Origin: Octopus bimaculoides | Taxonomy: Eukaryota | Assembly: GCF_001194135.2 (NCBI RefSeq) | Contig: NC_068989.1 | Span: 79,555,875 to 79,605,097 of the forward strand | Direction: 5' to 3' | DNA: 49,223 bases | In this document: one piece after another, positions 38,625 to 49,223 of the stretch | Numbering within the stretch: position 1 is the stretch's first letter | Layout: every line of letters starts with the position of its first letter | Notes under the pieces: model-generated | What the model was told of the DNA's origin: nothing | Database searches by the model: none | What the model saw: only the letters and a program-made list of their open reading frames with translations | Position numbers and translations under genes: made by a program

Positions 38625-38947
38625 TAAATGGCACTCCGTCGTTTACGACGACTAGGATTGCAGTTGAACCCATCAATAGAACAACCTGCTCGTGAAATTA
38701 ACATGCAAGTGGTTGAGCATTCCACAGACATGCGTGCTCTTAATGTAATCCTCGAGGAGGTACGTCCTCATATATAATGCGAAGAGGCTAGCCCTTTGAA
38801 ACACAGGTACAACTCAATTTTTTCCAGCTGAGTAAAATGAAGCAACATGAGAAAAAGTGTATTGCCCAAGGATGTAATGCTCGCCGCCTGGAATCGAACT
38901 TATGACCTTACGATCGTGAGCCAAATACCCTAACCACTAAGCCACGA
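38625..38947 (-). mobile_element. tRNA-derived SINE, B/D mosaic copy
   Basis: Family B-like 3' body (ggcactccgtcg...) joined to a family D-like head (ctaaccactaagccacg). Confidence 0.7.
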
Positions 38948-38952
38948 ATGAA

Positions 38953-38991
<39 letters not shown>

Positions 38992-39465
38992 NNNNNNNNN
39001 NNNNNNNNNNNNNNNNNNNNNNNNNNNNNNNNNNNNNNNNNNNNNNNNNNNNNNNNNNNNNNNNNNNNNNNNNNNNNNNNNNNNNNNNNNNNNNNNNNNN
39101 NNNNNNNNNNNNNNNNNNNNNNNNNNNNNNNNNNNNNNNNNNNNNNNNNNNNNNNNNNNNNNNNNNNNNNNNNNNNNNNNNNNNNNNNNNNNNNNNNNNN
39201 NNNNNNNNNNNNNNNNNNNNNNNNNNNNNNNNNNNNNNNNNNNNNNNNNNNNNNNNNNNNNNNNNNNNNNNNNNNNNNNNNNNNNNNNNNNNNNNNNNNN
39301 NNNNNNNNNNNNNNNNNNNNNNNNNNNATCCATGTCTTCGTGCGTGTTTGATTTGTTACACATGTTTCTCGAAGCGATTTTAAACCGTGGAATTAAAATA
39401 ATGCCAACAGCTCCTTTCTATACTTGTTCTACACGAGTCTACGACATTGGCCCACCATAGACAAT

Positions 39466-39628
39466 GACGCCCACAAGGAGAATTACCCCGAGGACAATAG
39501 CTGATGATTTAAAACTTTTTAATATATTCAGAAAGGGTAATTGTCCTAGGGGGTAACTGTCGTCGGGGTGAATTGTCCTATGTGGGGTAATTGTCATAGG
39601 GGGGGGGGTTATTGTCCTTATAAGGTTC
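39466..39628. repeat. Element with ~15-bp sub-terminal repeats (ggggtaattgtcct), probably a MITE
   Basis: Five tandem degenerate units on the right; inverted units (aggagaattacccc, aggacaat) on the left. Confidence 0.55.
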
Positions 39629-39640
39629 TACATACACACA

Positions 39641-39815
39641 CAAGCTGGAGCACTACCTTAAAGGGTGTTAGTCGAAAAAAATCGACTCCAGGGTATATTC
39701 TTTCTAAGCCCATGACTTAATCGATCAAACCCTTTTTCCGAACCGCTACGTTGCGGGGGCATAAACACACCAGCATCGGCTGTCAAGAGATGGCGTGGGG
39801 ACAAACACAGACATA
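39641..39815 (-). mobile_element. SINE family C, 3' half
   Basis: ctggagcactacc...gaaccgctacgtt...aaacacaccagcatcggctgtcaag...ggggacaaacacagac. Confidence 0.75.
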
Positions 39816-39857
39816 CACACAAATATAGACACACACATATATATGTATATATATATA

Positions 39858-39923
<66 letters not shown>

Positions 39924-40992
39924 TATATATATACATATATATGTGCGTGTGTGTGTGGCTGCATGTATATATATATATACATGTACATATGTATATATGT
40001 ATGTGTATAGATACATATACAGATGTATACACAAATTTATATTCTAACTTTTAAGATTTGCGCGTTGTTATTTTGTACAATATATGTAATCATTATTTTG
40101 GTAAATGTAAACACTGGACAAGTTGAAATTCGAAATTGGTTGCAAAATCATATCAAGTTTTACATTTTTTTTTTTTTGCAGCAAGAAATCAAATACAATT
40201 TGTCTGCGACATCAAATTTAAATTTACATTGAGAAGTCATAAACATAATTTTGAAAATTGAATAAATTTGAACGTACGAACTGAACACTATTATCTCCAA
40301 ATTGAAACATTAAGAAATTGCTGACCCTATCTCCTTTGACGATTATCTCACTTCTCATTCTTCAGTATTAATAATGAAGATATATATACATAAAGCTTTT
40401 TTACAATACCTCTTTTCCTCACTTTGCGTTTGATTAAAATATCTAGGTTGACTATAATAATTATGCTTAGCACTCACTATTCTTTAAACAATGAAAAAGT
40501 GGATAGGGTTAAAACTGCTGAAGGCCAACTTAAATGTGTATATCTCCCTGTCTTTGTGCACTGAAGTCAGAGCGATAATATTTTTCATGTCTTTGTTATG
40601 GATGAAACAAGCTAACAAGCTCCACTAACATACTACTGCATACTTAAGGAAAAATATATACGTAGCGTCAGAAAAAGCAACTTCTAATATTAGGAATTTT
40701 GTTTGGTTATTTTTCTCTTGTTTCTTTTTCCATCGCAAATGTTTTTTCTATAGTCTTGTAATTAAAATAACTTGAAATAGATTTCAACAGGCTTTTATGT
40801 ATTGAATTAACTATTTTTTTGTTGGTATTTACTCCAGTTTATTTGTTAGAGAATTCAGGAGAAAGCTTTTATATTGTCGTTGTACGTAAACGACTTTAAA
40901 GGTTAACGTACTGTTCCGCCTACAGCAAACAATTTGCTAAATTTGCCGCTAAACCATTCCATTAGGATCAGATAATAAATGTGGATATTCCG

Positions 40993-41047
<55 letters not shown>

Positions 41048-41149
41048 TACATACATACATACATCTTAGTTCTCAGGAATGTCATGAGCCTATAAGCTAA
41101 TTGGGTTGGAGATTTATTCGGGTTTCCGGCAGTATTAATCGACAGAGAT

Positions 41150-41348
41150 CACAATACTTCTCTTTGAATGGGACGCCATTCTGTCGCAGTACTTAATCTT
41201 CAGTTAACGTTGCCAAATATCTTCAGCTGAGTGGACTAAAACCACGCGAAAGACAGTGTTTTCTGCAAGAACAATAAACACTTCCCGGTCTAAACCATGA
41301 TCGGCCGACAGTGAGTCTAACACCTCAACCACTCAGCCACGCGTCTCT
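41150..41348 (-). mobile_element. SINE family D, decayed copy
   Basis: cagctgagtggact...aacacctcaaccactcagccacgcgtctc. Confidence 0.6.
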
Positions 41349-43134
41349 GTTATGATACTTATTAAACATTTAAAATTACTTGTAAATGTTTAATTACGTG
41401 TAGTTTGATTTGTTCTATGTATGTGAGTCTAGTCTTGAAACGAGACTCTTGGCCAGTACAGGTGTAGATGAAACAACATAATGTGTTGTCTTATATAGTT
41501 ATGCGCCAGACGTCAATTTCGGGGAGGGAAATTGATTCGATTTTATTGGTTCCGTACTTGTCTGATACCTGTTTTATCAACATCAGAATGACAAAAGACA
41601 AAATATATCTGATAAAATTAGAATTTAGAGCGTAAAGAAACGGAACTTAATACCTAAATATATTCCAACGATTGTGACAATTCATTGCTTTCATCAAAGG
41701 CAAATTTTACACAAATAACTATGTAGACGGTTAATCGGTAGGCAAAATGGTTTTATACTGTTGTAGGGCCTTGGTTTATAACTTTCAACAAAGCATTGAA
41801 ATTTCTGGCAGACAATTTACGTTGGAAGACAGGGGCTACGGAACAATAAATAAACTGGATTTTAATTTCCAACATAGAACACAAGAACTAGATTCTTTGT
41901 ATAATGGAATAATGATTTTTTAATTTTAGAATAATGATTTTAAAATTCTTTTGCTAATTACGCCTTTCTCAAAATTTTGACAGAGAAGTAAAGCACAAAC
42001 AGCCAGATGTGACCACATGGTTAAGAAGTTCATTTCGCAATCACGTAATTTTGGGTTAGATTTAACTGTGCTGCGCTACTTGGACAAGTATCTTCTCAAG
42101 CCTTATATATGAAACTGGGTTGGAAAAAGCTATGAAAGGCTGCTACTTGGATTATACCTATTTTTACTGGAGTGGTAGACATTTGTCGAATTGTTTATGC
42201 TTAACGCCACTAACCGGCCTCCGTATTCGTTTAAGGTCATCCACTTTGTTTCAAGTATTTGACACAGGTTTTGCTTGAAGAATATTTATGAGTCATGAGC
42301 TCTTTCTTTTCCTCAACCACATCGTTACACAGCGAGCTTTTTATATTTACTGTCTGTGCATATCAAATATTGATACTGACATATCGATTCTTATACAAAA
42401 CCTATCATTTTAAGAAGACGTTTATCGTTAATGTGATTTAGCACAAGTGGTACATTATAAAACAGACCCACCGTCGTGTTTTAGTAAAGTATGACAATTA
42501 GAGTATCCCATGTTTACTTCCACATTTTATGACGGCAAGCAATGTAATATTAATATTAACTGCTCTTTCTACCAGGTCAGGAACCTACGTACGGTCTCGC
42601 TCGATGGTTCATTGCAATTGAAGTAGTGTATAATGTTATCGCAAATACCTTTGATCAAGAGATTAACGAACGGACATCACGAAATGGTCATGATTCTCAG
42701 CTGAGTGCACTTTTAGTACTTACCCTGTTAATGGCCGAAGGAAATGCTCAAAAAGACAGCAACCAAAGATAATCCACACACACAAACACTCATGTAAACA
42801 CATTTACACATATACAGATATATTATGCATGTACTTCAGAATATGTTTGTGTGTGTGTGTATATATATATATGTATGTGTGTTTATCTATATATGTATTT
42901 GTATATATGCATATATACACACGCACATATACATACACAAAATACGCACACACTTAAAAGGAATTTCAATTAATGGATAAAGCGAACATTAGCCATTATG
43001 GTGAAATGTAATGTCATTTGTACGTCTAGTTGAATAATTACTTACTAATTCATTAGCACGAAACCTCTGGTAAAAGCGAATTTAGCACTCATTAAAGAAT
43101 TTCTGGCGTTAGCCTTTCTTCACGTTGTTAGTAC

Positions 43135-43166
<32 letters not shown>

Positions 43167-43522
43167 ATTATGCACTTGCATATCCGACTCACATCTGCTT
43201 AAGCACCATGTGAAGCAGCCTTTCTGCAGATGCTGTTTCTTTCTACCGGAAGAATCTGCAGCAGAAACATGCATGCTTACCGTAGAAATAGTGTTGTTGC
43301 CATTAATATTCTTACATTACTCATGTCCACATATATACAATATGTATATACACGATAAATGTAACAATATTAACCTCATCATGTATGCACAAATACAATA
43401 TGTGTATACATATAATATATACATATTGCTTTTCTAATGTGTCTTTGTTGCTCATTCTTTGCGTTTTATTTAATTCACTAAATTAATTTCCTAGCTTTCT
43501 TAAATTTAATTTTTCTTCGGGC

Positions 43523-43565
<43 letters not shown>

Positions 43566-43569
43566 TTTA

Positions 43570-43784
43570 ATCCTTTCTATTAAAAGTACGAGGCCTGAAA
43601 TTTTGGGTGAGGTGACTAGTCGGTTAAATCGACCCCAATATTTCACTTGTACTTAATTTATCGACCTTGAAATGATCAAAGGCAAAGTCGGCCTCGAGGG
43701 AATTTGAACTCAGAACGTAGCGACGAGCGAAATGCCACTAAGCATTTCGTTCAACGTGTTAACGATTCTGACAGATCACTGCCT

Positions 43785-43856
<72 letters not shown>

Positions 43857-44009
43857 TCCTACTAAAGGGAAAAGGCCTGAGATTTTCTGGGAGGGGACTA
43901 GTCGATTATATCGACTCCAGTGTTTCCCTGATACTTAATTTATCGGGAATTTTGAACTCAGAATGTGTAGACGGACCAAACGCGGCTAAGCATTTTGCCC
44001 GGAGTGCTA
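43570..44009 (-). mobile_element. Two tandem SINE family A copies embedded in (AAT)n tracts
   Basis: Copies at about 43570-43785 and 43857-44009, each next to a long (AAT)n run. Confidence 0.85.
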
Positions 44010-44156
44010 NNNNNNNNNNNNNNNNNNNNNNNNNNNNNNNNNNNNNNNNNNNNNNNNNNNNNNNNNNNNNNNNNNNNNNNNNNNNNNNNNNNNNNNNNNN
44101 NNNNNNNNNNNNNNNNNNNNNNNNNNNNNNNNNNNNCAGCACACACACACGCGAAC

Positions 44157-44705
44157 ACAGTGGGGGCCAGAGGCTTCATTGAAAGGGAAATAACAACGTT
44201 AATCAGAAGGTTTGCATTTTCGAGCTCAGAGCTGAGAAAAGTAATAAGGAGGATACAGGAGGCAGTCCAAAAAGCCAGCTTCTATATATGGCTGAAGTGA
44301 GAAGACCGAAAATGGCTTGAAAGCCATAACATGCTGGCTGGGAAATAGCATCGCTAGGTGAGACTGGCTAACACCTAAGTAGCATCGCTGATTGACAGGT
44401 AGCGGTTTCATTCATGGCACCCCTCCTCCTGGTTCGAAGGCTTGTACCACCAAACAGCTGGTCGGCTCCGGCCGCTGGAACTGAAACTAATACGACACTG
44501 TTGGAAAGCAGGTTTAGAGAGGACGCGGGCTAAGATTGGTCAGTTGAAGTTTAGACAGTGTCACGTGACAACTAGCTGGTACTGGCTACTGGAGCCTACC
44601 AGCCAGTATTTAAAGTGTAATTTGGCAGGATGGTCAGTCGCCCGCTGACACTGGGTGACGCTGCATAAAAGAGGCCAAAGAACAGAAGAAAGAAGAAGAA
44701 AGAAG
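44157..44705 (+). mobile_element. HERO/NeSL-like (RLE-type) LINE 3' end with 3'UTR and (GAA)n tail
   Basis: VGARGFIEREITTLIRRFAFSSSELRKVIRRIQEAVQKASFYIWLK* resembles the terminal xVGxRGF...A..AS..IWLK of RLE-type LINE ORFs; followed by about 400 nt and an agaagaaagaagaag tail. Confidence 0.6.
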
Positions 44706-45338
44706 AAAGGCACTCAACAACAGAGCTCAACACACCTCCGAAAGAGTGGGGGGGGGGGACCACGTCGAAAACGGTAGAGAAGAAGGGGCTGAAATCAGAC
44801 GTGGTTCCTCCTGATCATGTCTTTAGCTGCTGGATGCTATAAAGGAGCTGTTGAGGTAGCAAACCACGAAACGCGGTTGGAATTCCTCCTAGCAGCCTTG
44901 CTTGATCGCTAATTTTACAAGTTTTTCTAATCGCCCTCTGTCTATTTTCTCTCATTCCCTTCTGTTGAAGAGCGCAGGCTCGAAACACAAAAGAGTTTCT
45001 CACTTTCCCGAGCGTCANNNNNNNNNNNNNNNNNNNNNNNNNNNNNNNNNNNNNNNNNNNNNNNNNNNNNNNNNNNNNNNNNNNNNNNNNNNNNNNNNNN
45101 NNNNNNNNNNNNNNNNNNNNNNNNNNNNNNNNNNNNNNNNNNNNNNNNNNNNNNNNNNNNNNNNNNNNNNNNNNNNNNNNNNNNNNNNNNNNNNNNNNNN
45201 NNNNNNNNNNNNNNNNNNNNNNNNNNNNNNNNNNNTATATATGTATATAGATATAGATATAGACATGTATATGTATATGTTTTTATTTATATATTTATAT
45301 ATAACAAAGTAAAGTTGCAGGGTACCGCAGGAGTAGAA

Positions 45339-45559
45339 ATATATATGAAAGTAGGTTTGAAAATGCAATTTTAAAGATGTTTATTGACATGACCGATTTC
45401 ACTTGACCGGTTTCACTTTGTGATAACCAGTACTTAAGACATCAATGCTTATACAAAGCTTTACATTTTACTTTTGACAATCTTTTTCTAAAGAAGTGAA
45501 ACCGGTCAAGTCAATAAACATCTTTAAAATTGCATTTTCAAACCTTCTTTCATATATAT
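45339..45559. mobile_element. MITE-like element with long terminal inverted repeats
   Basis: The 36-mer aggtttgaaaatgcaattttaaagatgtttattgac is perfectly inverted. Arms extend by ttgaccggtttcactt inward and atatatatgaaag outward; the left arm has an extra 14-nt partial duplication. Confidence 0.8.
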
Positions 45560-46640
45560 GTGTATGTGTGTGTGTGTGTGTCTGTGTGTATTTATACAAA
45601 TATATATAAACATACACAGTCTCTCACACATACACACATATATATACATACATACACATATTTGTTTTCAGTTCCTTCATGTTTATGTAATACTTCTTCA
45701 CGACACGATAGCCACTTAATCAAAATCTCCTGTGTCAAGGAGAAAGCAAAGTTATAACTGATAACTGCGGGAAGTAATTATTTCAACAATCTATGGTAGA
45801 AGTTAATTTTCTGATTGAATTTAAAATATAATGTCTTTTGTTCATTATTTCGCAGTTTTTCATTAGTGGCAACAGAAAGAACGCACTGATTAAATCGACC
45901 AAGTTAAAGAGAAAATAGGAAAAAATTGCTTCATACATAGATACATACATACACAAACAAACACATAGACGTATGTATATATGTATATTTTTTAAGGAAA
46001 CTCATAAAAATATGAACGAGGTAATTTTTCATGTTAACAGTATGAGTAAACCATACTTTAATAAATGCTTTCGATGCAAAATTGACAAGAACAAACAAAA
46101 AATAAGTTACAGCAATATGGCGGATTTGGAATTAGATTTCAGTCGGATATGGCCCATCTGACAGAATTCTCAGGATTAATCTCTCATTTATAAAAATGAC
46201 TATCAACAAGGTTAACTCTTTTAGGTGTCTGTATATGTATGTATTTATTGTAGTTTGTGTATAAGAATTTCTCCTTGTAGCTTTATGTATGTACTAGTGT
46301 GTATGTATTAGTGTGTATATATACATGTGTGTATCAATTTGATTCTGTGCGCAAGTATTTTTGTGTTTGTGTATTTGTGCGTATATTTTTGAAGAAAAGA
46401 CGGGTTAAAGTTTAATGGAATCTATATTGGACGGACAACTTTAGCATGAAAATCTTTTTAAGAGCAAATCTGTAGGCGTGTAATATACACCTACTTAACT
46501 CTATCCCTCTCTTCCTCTCTCTCTACCTACCTACCTACCTACCTACATACATACATACATACATACATACACACACACATACATGCGTAATACATAGATG
46601 TGGTTGTTAGTGTGTCTAAAGGTTATATGCATGTGTGCAA

Positions 46641-46686
<46 letters not shown>

Positions 46687-46734
46687 NNNNNNNNNNATAA
46701 TATGCATTTATATGAATGTGTGTATCTGTGTATA

Positions 46735-46768
<34 letters not shown>

Positions 46769-46847
46769 CATTTCCAAAATTTTTAATTGAACATATATAT
46801 ATAAATGCATACATACATATATACATGCATACATACATACACATTTA

Positions 46848-47125
46848 GGAGCATGCGAGATTGCGTAGTAGGAAGTTTGCTTTCCAGCCACATAATCCTG
46901 GGTTCAATCCCACTCTTGAACAAGTCTTCTTTGCTATAGCCTCGGGCCGATCAAAGCCTTGTGAGTGGATTTGGTAGACAGAAACTGAAAGAAGCCTGTC
47001 GTATATATAACTGTGTGCTTGTCCCTAACTACCGCTTGACAACCGGAGTTTGTGTGCTTACGCCAAATAACCTAGCGGTTCGGCAAAATGTACAGGGCTT
47101 CAAAAAATAAGTTAAGTTGCCCTCG
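46848..47125 (+). mobile_element. SINE family C, decayed copy
   Basis: tagcctcgggccgatcaaagccttgtgagtggatttggtagacagaaactgaaagaagcc. Confidence 0.8.
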
Positions 47126-47724
47126 TCGATCGACAGTTTTTGGTGTTTAATCCAACATCAATGATAATCGAGCAGAGCTTTGATAAATAATGATTCGATC
47201 TTGATCTACGTTTTAATGTCAAGGTCTACATTATGGAATACATGCTTTTTTAAAAAAATATTTGAGAGATGATTTGAAAGGTATTGTCTGGAATTTCAAT
47301 GAAGCTGAACCACCAGAACATAAAAGCCCCTTTGAATATGTCGTGACTCAAAGTATGGAGATTAAGGTTGTCCCATTATTCATGTTATCTGACGACTGGT
47401 GGGGACTATCAATCTTTGATATGTAATGGCTCATAGTTCTGAAATAAGACATGGGGTTCAAGGTATGAGTTTTTATCCCGCTCTTCTGCAGAGTTTTGTC
47501 TATAGTGTCTGAGAAGTTTCTGAGAAAGGTGGCAAGTTAGACACGAGCAGAAGTCAGAATTGTATATTTGCGCATAACACGGGTGCTGTGTATCGCAGCA
47601 CGATGCTTGAGGTAGGTTAATGTGGTTACTGATGTCGCTATTATTTTATATGGAAGAACGTTCTTAAAAATTATTGAGTTTAGAAGAGTATATTTAGAAT
47701 CACTGTGTAAATAGACCAGGAAAC

Positions 47725-48202
47725 AAAAACATGTGTGTGTAGCTGTGAGGAGAAATCGTCGAATCACCATCCGTGAGTTATCAGAGGATGTGCAGATTAG
47801 TTACGGCTCAGTTCAATCCATTATCACTGAAGATTTGGTCAGGAGACGCGTGTCTGCCAAGTTTGTGTCAAAACTGCAAAGAGAAACTCGGGTTTCAGTT
47901 GCACAAGACCTCCTTTATTGTGTCGAGAACAATGAACACCTTTTGAAAATTTTGCATAGGCCTCTGAGCAGGTATCGCCAAGCTTTTGACAAAATTTGAT
48001 GCAGCTTATCTGCTCAACTTCCTCTACCATGGTAAATGCGACGGCCACACACTACACACCTTCCTTCCAAGCTCTGCTAGAATGCTAAAACTTAATGCAC
48101 CGGCACAGCAAAGTTCAAGGTCAATCTGGCAAGCTGCTTTACTCTGAGTTCAATAGCTTCGTTACTTCAGCAACCGTCCGGGTACTTATTGATCAGACCA
48201 CG
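47725..48202. mobile_element. Rearranged mariner fragment: 5' end on the minus strand, middle part inverted
   Basis: Minus strand: TA plus TIR cgtggtctgatcaataagtacccggac at 48202 and N-terminus EQISCIKFCQKLGDTCSEAYAK. Plus strand: VRRNRRITIRELSEDVQISYGSVQSIITEDL..RRVSAKFVSKL. Confidence 0.85.
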
Positions 48203-49033
48203 TATTCATGAATATGCATTAATATATACATATACACAGGCATACAAATATACGTACACAGGAAATCACACATACGCACACACATACATAACTCACACAC
48301 ATATACACAGTCTCACACATGTACATATATTGATAAATAAATACATAGATGTGTAGGAAGGTACACTTACACAATCACGCACATGCATATAAACATATAT
48401 ATACCCCCTTTATATCGCTGCTTAAAACAATCAGAGACATATATTACTGATGCAAAAGGATGTTATTAACTGAGATATACATTTGAAAATAAAGCGCAGA
48501 ATCTAATCATTCTTATGTCTTAAATTAAACAAACAACACAACAGCGTACGTTGTCGTATCAATGTAAAACATTATTAATTCGAACACACGTCTCAATTTC
48601 ACTTTACGTTATATTAAAATACGAGATGTGTTATCTCAAATAATCATGTGTCTGACATTATGTATATTGTTTACTTATTATAAATGGTGTCAAACAGTGA
48701 AACGCCGTGTTGTTAACGGGATTTAGTCATATGCAGCTCAAATCTTGAAAAGTCGATTTCAATTTATTTTAAATGTATGCAATGGTTAACCGTTCTTATT
48801 GCTACAATATGCAGGCCTTCTGCATAATAAAAGACAATTCTGGTCGCGAAGAATAATGAGCAAAAACGGTTCATTAAATACAGATTAGATAGAGAAGTAA
48901 TGGACACCAACTTCTCGTCTTCCTTGGCCCTCCTCATTTATCTAATCGTCTTTAGGGGTGGGGTACTTGATTGATTGAATAGCTTCTCCATTACCAACTA
49001 TCAAGTTGGTTGTAAATGTACACACACACACAC

Positions 49034-49094
<61 letters not shown>

Positions 49095-49223
49095 TATATA
49101 TATACATGCATATATATATATATACATATATATATGTATGTCTATGTATACATACATACATATATATATACATATACATACATATACTTACACACACACA
49201 CACACATGTATGTATGTATATAT

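Noticed and set aside
47256-47420. Plus-strand GIVWNFNEAEPPEH as a BEL/Pao integrase motif
   Set aside because: The resemblance is limited to about 12 residues and does not continue.
36404-49223. GnRHR exon(s) for TM1-TM4
   Set aside because: Searched by eye for the expected DRC and MAW codon patterns and an IPQ|gt donor; none found, so not annotated.

Overview
Repeat-dense (AT-rich, microsatellite-laden, 13 N-gaps) eukaryotic scaffold, almost certainly from an octopus or other cephalopod. The only recognisable host gene is a minus-strand rhodopsin-class GPCR of the GnRH/corazonin receptor family (GnRHR). Two internal coding exons are visible: 36202-36403 (end of TM4 to TM5) and 19957-20245 (ICL3, TM6, TM7 with NPLIY). 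They splice in frame across a 16 kb intron. The upstream exons and the C-terminal exon were not found and may lie outside the window or in gaps. The rest is intronic or intergenic DNA filled with tRNA-derived SINEs (at least four families), LINE fragments (R4/Dong-like, CR1/L2-like, Penelope GIY-YIG, HERO-like), three mariner-derived elements, Helitron/Helentron-like elements, MITEs and simple repeats. The best unexpected signal is a type I hammerhead ribozyme with all catalytic residues intact, on the GnRHR sense strand inside the large intron (22308-22402). Its loop II carries an inverted templated insertion that can form a competing 41-bp hairpin. Several eroded hammerhead fossils lie elsewhere in the window. 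All analysis was by eye; no searches or folding programs were run.
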